NCBI GenBank assembly: GCA_013265495.1
Contig: MU058289.1
Coordinates: 1-64,000 of the forward strand
From: Vicugna vicugna
Lineage: Eukaryota
Direction of reading: 5' to 3'
Length of the DNA: 64,000 bases
Shown: positions 51,761-64,000 of the stretch, piece by piece
How the letters are laid out: each line of letters opens with the position of its first letter
Numbering within the stretch: position 1 is the stretch's first letter
Made by a program: the position numbers and the translations under genes
The notes under the pieces: generated by a model
What the model saw: only the letters and a program-made list of their open reading frames with translations
What the model was told of the DNA's origin: nothing
Databases searched by the model: none

Positions 51761-53073
51761 GCATCATAAAAATGCATTACTTATTTTTTATATAATCAAA
51801 TTCATTTTCTAAAAGCAGTCCTTGAACTTGAAAACAAATTGAAACAAATGACTCAACTGTACATTAACTTGGTAATACTATTCCTCAAAGAATTTATTTC
51901 AAATGACTTTAGAACAGAGAACTTTGACAGAACACCTTTACTGGGATGCATTCTAAGGACAAAAATAACTATAAAGAAAATTTTCAACAAGGTCCTACTG
52001 AACAGCACAGAGAACTATATTCAGTATCTGATAATAACCTATAATGAAAAAGAATATGAATATATACGTATAACTGAATCACTATGCTGTACACCAGAAA
52101 TTAACATAACACTGTAAATCAACTATACTTCAATTAAAACAACAAATTAAAAAAATTTTTTTTTGCATGATATAGTATGTTTATAGTTACTATTACTATC
52201 AATATTGTTATTTTCAAACCGTTTTCCTTATACTGCAGGATAAAAGAAATAAGTACATATTTATGTGAAGCCATTTAAAATTTTTTACTATAAAATACTG
52301 TTAGGAGCTAATTATGAGGTAAAAGTATTAAACCATTTAAACCAAATTAGAAATACTAATATGAACTCATGTTTTTTAAAAATGGATTTTCTACCTTGGT
52401 CTCTGAAATGGCCTTGAAACAATGTTACCTCTGCAGCCATGAGAACATCAAACACCCAGATCTTGGTTTCCAACACCATTCTCCAGAGAAAGGAACCAGA
52501 GATACCTGGAGAAACGGCTGATCCCAAGTCTGGGAGGGAAGGTACAAGGTGGGCTTTTAGCGTAACAAAGCTTTAAAAGTTAAATGGTGGCAAGTTAAAT
52601 GAGACAAGGAGTCAGCATGAAGGAGCCTCTTTTAGCTAAAACTATGACAATATGACTACCAGAAATAAAACTAGTTATAGTTACTAGAACGTAGCTTTAA
52701 AATGATGCCTAAACAAGAAAAAGCCAGGACAAATTTGACACGATTTGAGGTAGCAATCAAATAAACATAAAAGAAATGAAAAAACTAGAAAATCATCACT
52801 TTGCTACCCTGAAAAAAATCACTGATTCAGCTAAGGATTATTTATTGGTGTTAAAACCTTCTATTAAATGACTGATGGGGAATGGACATTTGTATGGTGC
52901 CAAATTACGAAACCATGCAGATTACGTTTTCATTATAAAGGGAAAAATACAATCACTAAAGGTGGACCAGTCATACAGTATTTCTCTCCTGATGTTCTGC
53001 AATTTGAAGATCATCTCTGATATAGTCTGGCCCAAATTAAGTCACAACTGGGATTATAAAAAAAAATCTCCAA

Positions 53074-53232
53074 GGGGGGAGGGGTATAGCTCAAGTGGTA
53101 GAGCACATGCCTAGCATGCCTGAGGTCCTGGGTTCAATCCCCAGTACCTCCACTGAAAAATCAAATAAATAAGTAAACCTAATTACCTCCCCCCTGCAAA
53201 AAACAAAACAAAACAAAACAAAAAAGAAACCA
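53074..53232 (+). mobile_element. tRNA-derived SINE (Vic-1-like), first of a tandem pair
   Basis: ggggtatagctcaagtggtagagc...gggttcaatccccagtacctcc...aaacctaattacctcc plus an A-rich tail. Confidence 0.9.
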
Positions 53233-53249
53233 GAAAAAAAAATCTCCAG

Positions 53250-53390
53250 CGGGGAGACTGTAGCTCAGTAGTAGAGTGTATGCCTAGCATGCACGAGGTC
53301 CTGGGTTCAATCCCCAGTCCCTCCATTAAAAATAAAAAATGAAATAAATAAGTAAAACCTAATTACCTCCTCCCCCCAAAAAAATTTTTT
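53250..53390 (+). mobile_element. tRNA-derived SINE (Vic-1-like), second of a tandem pair
   Basis: tgtagctcagtagtagagtg...gggttcaatccccagtccctcc...aaacctaattacctcc. Confidence 0.9.
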
Positions 53391-55599
53391 AAAAAAATCT
53401 CTGAATTAGAATCACGAGAAAATAACCATCATAGAAATCAAAGAACAAAGCTCATGAAGGAGGTAGTGGAGTTTCTAAAGGTGAGTGTAACTTGAACACA
53501 GAAGCTTAACTTCCTCATTTCAGTTACAAAAAGAAATGTCAAAAAAAGGGTTTAAACCTGAAAATTGGAGCAACTAAATATCTGAATCTTTCAGAAATTT
53601 TTACCAGAAACAGTACGAATGACTGTACCATTTTTGAGGAAATATTATTTTGCCAATAATAGCAATAACCGCCCTGTGAATCAGACACTGTTATTTTCCT
53701 TATAATACTATGAGAAACTGAAGCAGCACAAGGTTTAAGTACCTAAGGTCACCAAGGTGACGTGGCAGAAGGGGTCTGGCTCCACGGCCTATGTCCTCCT
53801 TTAAAAAAAAAAAAACTACTTTGACTTTTAAATATATACTAAATTCATAAAGTTAGGGAAAAAAAGCATAAAAAAGTATTTGCCTTTGTTCTATATATAC
53901 CAGTACCTCTACCCTCAATAGAATATGATAGCCACTTTTATGTTTCCTGTGGATCTTTTGAGTTTTTTAATAGAAACAAACACAAGTATATTTATCTATT
54001 CTTATCTCTCCTATTTCTGACTCCAAATGAAGCATACCATGCATTCTGCATCCTGCATTTCTCACTTAACACATGTTTAAAGTTATTTCAGTGTCAGTAT
54101 ATAAAAAGCTTCCACTTCATTCTTTTACTCAGCTGCAAATCATTCTATTGTATACATATACTATAATTTTATCAAACCAATCTCCTACCGATGGGCATGA
54201 ATTGTTCTAACCTTTTTCTCCATGAAAACATCGTTGGCAGGAGCAATCTCCTACCTGTACCATTTCATGCAAATTCAGGTACATTTGTAGAATGAATTTT
54301 CATATGTAAAATTACTAGGTCAAAAAGAAAATACACATACAGTTACTACAGATACTATCGAACTGCCCTTCATAGGCCTGCTTCCTGATAATAGTAATAC
54401 TATTTTAATTTCTGAGAATTTAAAGTGTTACTGATGGGCTCTCATCTCCCCACAGCCGAACTGCTTTCCTTTTGCATTTTAGATGCAAATAAATGGCCAC
54501 TCCATTTAGATGCAAATAGACGTCTATTCTAGCCCGTCTTATTTTTCCATATGAACTGCAGAATGAGCTTACCTAGTTAAAAAACAAAGCAAAACAAAAA
54601 AACCCCTGCAAATACTTTCATTGGGATAACATTAAAATAAGTTTACTTAAATTTGCCCACATTTGTTTCCCTATTGAAAAAGATATATCTATTTGTTCAC
54701 ATCTTATGTTATGCCCTCTAGCAGTATTTTAAGATTCTTTTCCAATAGTTTGCACATTTCTTGTTTATTCCTCAATTTTTTTAAACTGTCCTTGTAAATA
54801 GTGGTTTTCTTCTATTATATATTTTAACTGGCTGTTGTTTGTCTATTTAAAGGTTACTGATTTATAGCTACTGATTCGGTACCCAATTATTTAACTCTTA
54901 CATAAAATGTGAAGGATGACTATACGTAGATTCCTTAGAAAAAACTATCCTCGTTACTTCACAAAATCCATACAACCTGGGAACACTTCGATGCATCTAG
55001 GAGTTAGGTCACCGAAAATCTAGTCCAGATTCATGGATAAACATTGCAAGAACCAAGTTTTTTTTTTAATAGAACAAGGGTAACTGTCTAATATAGAACC
55101 CCAAACCCTTGACTCCCTAACTCTCGGCTTTCTATGCTATATAACACTGCTTCTCAAAGTGTAACGCTGCTGTTTACCCCACGACTTAATAGCAGCCCTA
55201 TTAAAGTAGCCTAAAGATCAGGATATTTGATATTGTTTGAGGCTGGCTACCCCTAACAAAAAGTTCATTTGAAATATTCTTGCTTGTTAAAAAAAAAAAA
55301 TCACAGTGATTGGTATTCTATCCCAATTTTTAAAATGCGCTTTTATATAACTGTCCATCTTTAAATTATTTACCACTTAGCTTTTAACCTCCTTCAAATC
55401 TGCAAGAAAATTAGATGTTTCAGGAAGATGGCACCGTTATTACCAGCACTTTCGACAAGGGAAGGGCGGCTCGGATGTTATTATCTCAACGCTGGTCTCC
55501 TACATCTCTCTCTCAGACGCAATCATACACAACCCTGCATCCACAGTTTCTCACTCAAAAATCTTAAAACATCCGGTCAAACTTGCGGTCAAACTCTGG

Positions 55600-56420
55600 G
55601 TCACACACGCTCGAACCCTCCTTAGAGGCCCCCACCCCCACCCGACACGTAGGCCAGAAGCTCTTAAACCCACTCCCGACCTTCACGCCGCACCCCAATA
55701 GATCCGGAATCCTCCCCTTCAACCTCCCCGACCCCATCAGCCCAAGACGCCCACATCCCACCTCCTATTTTCGCGCCACGTGGACCCAGGGGCCGGACTG
55801 ACCCGCGGACAAAGACCAAAATGTCCACTCGGTGCGCTGCGCCTGCGCACTCTGAGGCCGAGCGAGCACTCCCAGAAATCTCCGCGACGCGGCCCGCATG
55901 GTCACAGTGGCCAAGCCCAGGCTGGTATCTGATTACCTTCTATCAACAGCCACGCCTTTTTCCGGCCTTGGACTACATTTCCCTTAAGGCTTTGCCGGTC
56001 GACATCCTGTCTCCCACGCGAATTTGGCGGCCTCTTCCCGTGATTATGAGGCTCTTGGGGTGAGGAGTCCTGCCTTGGAGGAAGATCATCCCAAGCCTGG
56101 TAGGAGGTTTGAAGCGGGTACTCACCTCTTTGAAATTTCTCGAGGGCAGTGTCAAACGGGCCAAGACCAGACCCTGAAGTAAGAGAACGCCATCTTGTCC
56201 GTGGCTGGTCTGGCCCAGGACTACATTTCCCAGAGTTCACGGCGGCCCAGCGTTACGTCTCTCTTGACGTCGTGGCGAGATCGTTAATTCCGCAGAGACC
56301 CGGACGCGACCAAGGGGAGGCAGAAGGTGAGGGGTCTGGGAGTCCGGGGCGGGGACGGGGCGTGTCCAGAGCCTTGGGTTTGTGCGCTTTGGCGGGAGCG
56401 GGCTGAGGATGCGCGATTCT
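55600..56420. promoter_or_regulatory. CpG-island bidirectional promoter: ZNF146 (-) and a + strand gene, probably ZNF565
   Basis: ACTACATTTCCC at 55972 and 56220; NRF1-like gcgcctgcgca at about 55839; YY1-like cgccatctt at 56188; donors CGG|gtcagt at 55803 (-) and AAG|gtgagg at 56326 (+); ZNF565 inferred only from human synteny. Confidence 0.85.
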
Positions 56421-56456
56421 GAATGTGTCTTTGTTGTGTCATGGTGGTGAGCAGAT

Positions 56457-56478
56457 TGTGTGTGTGTGTGTGTGTGTG
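56457..56478 (+). repeat. (TG)n microsatellite
   Basis: Directly visible. Confidence 0.9.
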
Positions 56479-56934
56479 CCTTAGTAGGTGTGAGACTGTG
56501 ACTGTGTATAAGGGTGTGGAGGTGTCTATGATTGTGTGATTGTATCCTTATGTGTCTTAAAAGTGGATATGTGGTTATGTTTACGTGACACTGACCATTT
56601 GCGCAGCCCCAAGTGTGGGTGTGAGGTGCCTGTGACTTAAGTGCTCTGGCATATTGTGGCCTTGGACAGTGATAACCTCACCCTTTTCCTGTAACACCTG
56701 GCTTGGGCATAATGTCGTTTTCTCTACCTTTCCTCCCTGGTGTGGGAGGATTGGGCGATAATCGTTTGAAAATGCCTTGGTCCCGCATGATTACTTTTTT
56801 TTTTTTTTTTTGACTCTTCTCCAAGAGATATGTTGGGAGGAGAAGGAAAGAATTGCTGTCGAACATCCAAAAGTCAAGTCCCCCGTGCATCACTTTTTCT
56901 TCTTTCCCTGAAATCAGTATTGTTTTTCGTGATG

Positions 56935-57332
56935 TGTGTTTTAAAAAAGCAAAAAATTCAGCCAAATAAATTTGAAGATTAATTGGCTTTTTCAACAATT
57001 CATGAATCAGGCAACATCCTGTCCAGCAAGTAGAGAGGTACTCACTCCAAAGAGTTGTACAAAATGGGAGGTTTTTGTAGGAATTAGGAGAGTGGGGCAA
57101 GGAAATTATTAGCAAAAGAAAAGAAAGGATTGTTTTAGGCCTGGATATCTTCTTTTAGAGGAAGGAAATGGCAGGGGTCTTATCATGCAGATTACCTCAC
57201 TAATGCTAATCAAGAAATTTCACATTGTTAGTTTAAAAACCGCATTCTTGAGAGAGACTGAAACTGGAATTAAGTTTCAGTTTGCTGTTGTAGGGGCAAA
57301 TGACTTCATTTTGGGTTTGTTATTTCTTAACG
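56935..57332 (-). mobile_element. ERV1-type LTR remnant
   Basis: aaaaattcagccaaataaatttgaag...ttcatgaatcaggcaacatc, typical of antisense MER4-group LTRs. Confidence 0.55.
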
Positions 57333-59303
57333 TGCTTTTCTTTCCTTCTTCTGAAACTTCTTGCCTAACAAAGACACCACCCCACCCCCTCTCCAGTATT
57401 TGCCATAGGAGTAAATTACTGGGTGCCCTGGAGGTGAATTGAAAGGCTCATACCCTCCATGCTCCCAGCACACCTAATGTTTATCCAAAATTTTTCAGAG
57501 TTTTCATCTTGAATTAGCTTTAGACTTAAAACTGTTGCGAAAGTAGAATTCCCAAATACTCTTAACCCAACTTCTTCATATGTTACCATCTTACATAATC
57601 ACAGTACTTGATCAAAACCAAGAGATTAACACTGATACAATATTAATAACTAATCTACAAACCTTATTCCAATTTCATCAATGTCCTTTAGTGTCCTTTT
57701 TCTAGACAAGGATACAGTCCAGGATCATGTGCTGCAGTTAGTTGGTAACTCTCCTTAACCTTCTTTGATCTGGCACAGTTAATCTTTGTCTTTCATGAGC
57801 TTGACACTCTTGAAGAGAAGTGGTCATTTATTTTGTAAATTCTGCAATGTAGAATGTTCCCCAATTTGAGATTGTCTGATACTTACTCATAATTAAATTC
57901 AGATTATGCAGTTGAGGGCCGAATACCCTAAAAGCGATGTGTTAGTGCATCTAATTGGGAGACCCATTAGATCAATTTGTGTCATTGTTAGTGGTGTTAA
58001 CTTTAATTTGCCAGGTTTCTCCATTGCAAAATCACTCTATTATAATTAATGTGTCTTATGGAGAGATATTTTAAGTCTCTATAGATATATTGTTTCTTAT
58101 CCTAGTTCCACAATTATCCATTGATAATTCTTGCCTGAGAATTTATTACCAGATATTTGCCAAATGGTGATTTTGTTTTGGTGTCTGTTATTCCGTCTAC
58201 ACTTATTAGAATCCTTTCAGAAATAGATTTACCTTCTCCCCATTTATTTACTAAATTACGTAAATATAGTCTGAATTTTTTTACATACTATAGATTATAA
58301 TCCATTACTGCTAAGTATTTTATTGCTCAAATTGTCCCAAATTTGGCCATTGGGAATCCCTTCGGGTTGACTCCTATGTCCTTTCAGTGTGTCCCCTTTA
58401 TTTACTTTTTTTTTTAGTACTTCTTTATTTTCTTGAATCACAGGAGGTTCCAGTTTGATACTATACCTTTTCAGCCCCAGTCCTGGAATCAGCAAATTGC
58501 CCAGGGATCATTGACTCCTTTTATTAGAAAATTGTATCTAGAAACCAAGATTAGATGTGCTCATTGCTACTGGGATGTAATTGCCAATTGACTTGACCAG
58601 ACGTGACATATATGCATCTGTACCGACACATCTGTATCTATGTATGTATACCTGTATAGATAATCTGTGATTTTATACGATATCTCCAATTCCAGTTCAA
58701 TCATTTGAACTGGGTTCTTCTAGCCTTCTCCATCTCCTTTTCTGTAACTCCTCTCTCTGACAGTGAAAAACTTGGCTCTCATTAACTACAATATTTTTAT
58801 TTGCTCAGTCTTGAGTAGAAAGTAGTTTAAGAATTGCTAACCCAAATACACATACAGTTCATTTTGTCTTTAGTCTTACAGTTCATAGTAAAAAATACAG
58901 CCCCCCAAAAATGAAAAATACAGTTTTTTTACATCTTTCTGTATGATAATGTTACTCATTTATAATATACATAGGTTCAACATCCTGGTTGATTTTAATT
59001 ATTTTTTGAGTATGTGAGACATTAACATATTTCTGAAAGTCAGAATTAGATCAGTACTCAGTAACTCCTCCGTCATTCCTTCTCTCCCAATCCCATTTCC
59101 TCATTCTTTCCACACTGTTCTCAATCACCCATTGTAGGTAACCAATCTCAGTTTGTTGGAGGTTTTTATGATTAAATATACATAACAAAATTTACCATTT
59201 TATCTACGCTGTTCAGTAGCATCAAGTCCATTGACATTGTTGTGCAGCCATTACCATCATTCATCTCCAGAACTTTTTTCATCTTCAGAATATAAAACTC
59301 AGT

Positions 59304-59465
59304 GGAGGAGGATATAGCTCAGTGGTAGAGCTTGTCCCTAGCGTGTACAAGGTCCTGGGTTCAATCCCCAGTACCTCCATTAGACATAAATAAACAAACC
59401 TAATTAACTCCCCCCCAACAAAATTGTTTTTAATTAAAGGTAAATAAAAATAAATATTTTTTAAA
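59304..59465 (+). mobile_element. tRNA-derived SINE (Vic-1-like) inserted in an antisense L1 3' end (about 59160-60055)
   Basis: gatatagctcagtggtagagc...gggttcaatccccagtacctcc; L1 sequence continues on both sides. Confidence 0.85.
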
Positions 59466-61424
59466 AGAATTTTTAAAACCCTGAAACTATACCCATTAAA
59501 CAGTAACTCCCTTTTCCTCCCCTTCCTCCAGCCCCTTGAAACCACCATTATGCTTTTTTATCTCTGAATTAGACTTTCTAGATACTTCATATAATTGGAA
59601 TCATGCAGTATTTGTCCTTTTGTGATTGACTTATTTCACTTAGCATTATATCTTCAAGCTTCATCCATGTTGTAGCATGGGTCAGAATTTCCTTCCTTTT
59701 TAAGTCTGAATAATTTTCCATTGTACATGTATTACTACATTCTATTTACTGGTATCAATGAACACTTGGGTTACTAACATCTTTTGTCTACTGTGAATAA
59801 TGCTGCTATGAACATGGGTTTACAAATATCTGTTCAAGTCCATGTTTTCCCTTTTGGGTATATATCCAGAAATTGAATTGCTGGATCACATGATATGTTT
59901 ACTTTTTTGAGGAATCACCATACCGTTTTCCACAACTTCCCTATTTTACATTCCCACTGGCAGTGCACAAGAGTTCTCTGCATCCTTGCCAACTCTTGTT
60001 ATTTTCTGCTTTTTAAAATAATAACCATCCTATTGAGTGTGAAGTAGTATCTTATGTTGTGGTAGAAAAACACTCCTGAGTCTCAGAGGTTTACAAAATA
60101 ACTTTTTATTTCTCCCTCATGCTATGTGTCCAGTGTGCATCAGCATAGGCAGGGTCCCAGCCCAAAGGAGACTCCATTGTCCTGAGCTGTACCATCTGAC
60201 AGGTACAGCCTCCTCTAACAAAGATTAGAGAATTGTGCAGTCTTTCCAGTGCCTGAGGCTGAAGTAACACCCATCACCGCAGCTCATGTTCCCATTGGTC
60301 AGAACCAGTTTACGGTTCTGCCTAACTGCAGGGGGCTGGAAAATGTCCAAAAGGAAAGACAGACAGCACAATGGCGAAACGTTAGTAATGAAATCAGCGG
60401 TGTCTACCACACTGGCTAAGACCTCTTCTTCAATGTGTAGGAAGTTGCTTCTGCTTCTGTAAATTAGGTGTGATTTATTTTTGGAGCAAGGAGACATCTT
60501 GAATGGTGGAGAGAGGTTGACAAGAGGTGCGTGCACAAGTGAGTGAGGAGACCAAGGACACAGGAAGCCTTTTGTATGAAAACTCACCTCCTTGGTGGGA
60601 AGTTAGGAACTTTAAGTTATTATTTGAGAACACACTCCTCAAAGGCTCTAGAACCATGGAGAAAATCAAGCTCCTTCAGCATTCAAGTTCCCAAAGGCAC
60701 CTCACTGTTCCTCATATCACTCCATTTATACTTCCTTTTATAATCTATCCCCACCCAGGAGGATGGGGTTACTTGTATTATTTATGATTGTAAAACATAT
60801 GCTTAAGGTAAAACTTGAAAATATAGAAAAATAAAGATTCCCCCATAATTGTACACCTAGAGACAAATCTAAAAATTTAATTGAAAATCCTTTCAGTCCA
60901 CTTTCTGTGCATACACACATGCATATATATATTTTTCCTATAAAAATAAGTTTACACTACACATACCATTTTATTACCTACCTTATTCACCCAGAGTTGC
61001 TTGTTTAACATCTTAACATTGACAAAGATAGGTATCATTCTTTTTACGGCAAGTGTGAATATGTTATCGTTTATTTATCACGTATCACTGACCTTCTGTA
61101 GAATATTTAAATTCTCTCCATGTTGTTTCCATCGTCAACTATCTCCATTGCATTCCCAATACTCACCTTTTAGATAGAGTCTCAGATACAGAATTACTTC
61201 ATCAGAGGATATACAAGGTTTAATTTCTGCTAAGTTGCCTGGTTGCAAGTATGTGCCAGCTCTAGTCTACTATATGTGTCTGTTTCCTCACATCATGCTA
61301 TTATGAAGTGTCATCATATCTTTTTAATCTTTGCCAAACTGGTAACTGTAAAATGTTTTTTCCTTATTGCTTTAACATGCATTCCCTTCATTACTAGTGA
61401 AGTTTAAAAACTTGTTTTAAAATC

Positions 61425-61567
61425 AATATTTCTTTTTTTTTTAATATTTTTTGTGGGGCAGGGGGAGGTAATTAGGTTTATTTATTTTTAGAAGAGGTGC
61501 CAGGGATTGAACCCAGGACCTTGTGCATACTAAGCGTGCGCTCTACCACTTGAGCTACACCCTCCCC
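61425..61567 (-). mobile_element. tRNA-derived SINE (Vic-1-like)
   Basis: ggattgaacccaggacc...ctctaccacttgagctac; TSD agtgaagttta at 61396 and 61568. Confidence 0.85.
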
Positions 61568-63319
61568 AGTGAAGTTTAGAAACTCTTGATTGGTTGATAA
61601 GCCACTTTATTATCTAGTGAATGACCCATGCATATCCTTTGCTCATTTATCTAAAATCACTGCTTTTTTCCTGAAAATTTAATTTGAAAAGCACTATCCA
61701 ATAAGTATTTTTGTCATTTATCTGTGAGTTAAAGACATTTTTTTCCCCATTTTATCATTTGCCTTTCATTTTGATTTTAGTATTTGGGGGTAGAATTTCT
61801 TAAATCTTCTCAAGTAGATTTGTTTTTTCTTTTTAATTTTCTGCCTTGTATGTTATGTGCCCACAAAATATAACTATATTATATTTGTTTGAAATACTTC
61901 TACAGCAATTTAATTTTTATATTAACTGTTTATCAAATTAGAACTTTTTGACTTACGACCACAAGAAATAGGGTGAGAAATTGCTACTTTGATAAATTCT
62001 TAAAGTTTTCGTTGTGATCTTGTACATTCATTGCAGAGTTTGAGTGCCTCCCATGCAGTATTTTATGTCCTGAGGGACTAATAATGAACAAAACCAGCAA
62101 GATCTCTGCTTTGAAGTTTAGTGGGAAGAGTCAAATAATTGACAAGCAAATACATAATGTAATGTTTAGTAGCACTGAGTGCTATAAGGAAAAAGAAAGC
62201 AGAGAAGGCTAGAGTGGATGGCAAAGGGTAATATTTTAATAGTTCGGTCATAGAGGTGACGTTTCAGAGGAAATCTTCATGAAGGGAGAAAGTGAGCTCT
62301 GTAGCTGTCTAGAGGAGCATTCCAGAAAGAACACAAAGCCTCCAAAGGGAACACGCCTGGTGTTGTATGATGAGTTCTGAATAATCCATGGACATTTCAG
62401 AGTAACGAAGAATTTCAGGATCGTTACCAGGATGCTTTTAAGGGTGGCCCTTTGTGAATTTTTATAAGCGCTCATGGATTCTTTTGAATTTAAAGATTCA
62501 AGTATTTAATTTCCTCCGGAAAATCTTCTTTTATTCACTTTTCTTCCTTGTTTTCCTGCAGCTGTTCTGTTTTATTCTCCACTTTGATACATGTTTTAGG
62601 GCTTCTGAATCTCTCTTCCATATCACTGACCTTTATTTTCTGATTTCATTTCTTCTGTGTCTTCTTCCCTCTGAATTCTGAGATGTTCTTTTAGGCTCCC
62701 CCCTCCCCGATTTCTAACACATCTGGTTCCTTCTTGTCTAATAATTCTTAGAAGAAATTACTACTTGTCAGAATTGTGTCCTGTGGCAAAGCACTTACGA
62801 AAGGTTCCATTTTCTTTCTCCCGTTAACCCCTGACTCTCTTAATTGGCCCCTTTCTATTTAGGGATTTATTGTTCCTTCCCCCATTGATGGCAGTAACCA
62901 CAGGGAGGCAATTTACTCTGATGGAAACTTCCCTGGGCAGTAAAATAGAACACTTAGGTTCTTGTCCCACCCAGTGTGGCCTTGGGTGAATCTCATAACC
63001 TCTCAAGTATTTTAGCTCCTCTTCTGTATAATGTGGGGAATAAAGTCAACTTTATTTAACTGACAGGGTGGCTATAAGAATAAAACTACATGTAAATGTA
63101 TATGAATGGCACCACACACTAGAATCCTGGGGCTCATTCCTGTACCTCGGTACTAGGCCTTCCCTAGGGATGAACTAACTATCTGAAGTTCTGTAATTCA
63201 GCTCCCAATTCAGCGTCAGTTCAGTTGGGTGCTGGATCCCATCCGCTCCCTCCTACTCAAGATCTCTGCTCCTGTGCAGTTGTCTCCTGTGTCCCTGCCT
63301 TACTCATTTTTCTCCATCA

Positions 63320-64000
63320 CTATAAAACACGCTGTAATTTCTCCCACACTCAAAATAACCCTACCTGGATTCCGTATCCACTTCTAGCTCCATTTCTCTC
63401 TTCTTTTCAGCAAAACTCTTTGAAAGGACTGGCTGTTCTGTCTCCACTTCCTTTTCTTCCATAATCTATTGAACCCACTCCAGCCAAGCTTTTGTGTCCT
63501 CTGCTCTAGAGAGTCAGCTTTCGTCAAGACTTCTAAGGATCTCTAATGCCAGATCCAGCAGACAGTTCTCATTCCGCATACCACTCGACCTTTCAGTAGC
63601 ACCTGACTGTTGTCCTCACCTTCCTTCTTGGTATCCTTTTCTCACTGGAGACCCCCAGGCTCAGGTCTTGGACCTCTCCTCTTCCTTACCTTCACTCACT
63701 TTGTGGGCAGTCTTATCTAGTATCAGAGCTTTAATTATCAGCTGTACATCAGTAACTTCCACTTTTACATTCCTACATTTGGACTTTCCCCTGAACTCCA
63801 GGATCAAATGTCTAATGGACACTTGGCACTTCCACTTGGATGTATAATAATCATCTCAAGTATTAAGGTGAAACAGAACTCATAATTGGTCCATCCAGAT
63901 CTGCTGCTCTCACAGTCCATTGTGTTAAAAAATGGCAGCTTCATATTTCTAGTCGCTCAAGCCAAAAACCTTAGCATCCTCTTGTCCTCTTTTTTTTCTT
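63320..64000 (+). mobile_element. L2 fragment
   Basis: aacccactccagccaagcttt, ctttcccctgaactccag, ccacttggatgt, gctcaagccaaaaacctt. Confidence 0.75.

Noticed and set aside
53074..53150. tRNA genes (A and B boxes)
   Set aside because: These are SINE heads with a shared non-tRNA tail, A-rich end and TSDs

Overview
Mammalian genomic DNA from a KRAB zinc-finger (ZNF) cluster. It is probably camelid, judging from eight copies of a tRNA-derived SINE resembling Vic-1, and it appears homologous to human 19q13.12. Left to right: (1) the 5' end of a ZNF829-like gene (- strand) whose N-terminal exon sits in a near-identical 370-bp tandem duplication; (2) a shared CpG-island promoter; (3) ZNF568-like N-terminal, KRAB-A and KRAB-B exons (+ strand, open frame) with no matching intact zinc-finger exon in the window; (4) an orphan ZNF143-type CpG promoter; (5) a decayed ZNF146/ZNF260-like finger exon (+); (6) a 5'-truncated class I ERV (pol 3' half, env TM, 3' LTR) and a solo LTR; (7) a second orphan CpG promoter; (8) intact ZNF146/OZF (292 aa, -); (9) the ZNF146 bidirectional promoter, probably shared with ZNF565. 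The main observation is that 'only-zinc-finger' ZNF146 carries a full fossil KRAB-ZNF structure: dead KRAB-A/B exons, dead spacer and fingers on both sides of the ORF, and a start codon taken from a finger-helix Met. Nearby, the ZNF568-like KRAB exons could splice onto the dead paralogous exon to give a KRAB-only protein of about 136 aa. Gene names rest on recalled human protein sequences, not database searches. Repeat boundaries are approximate.
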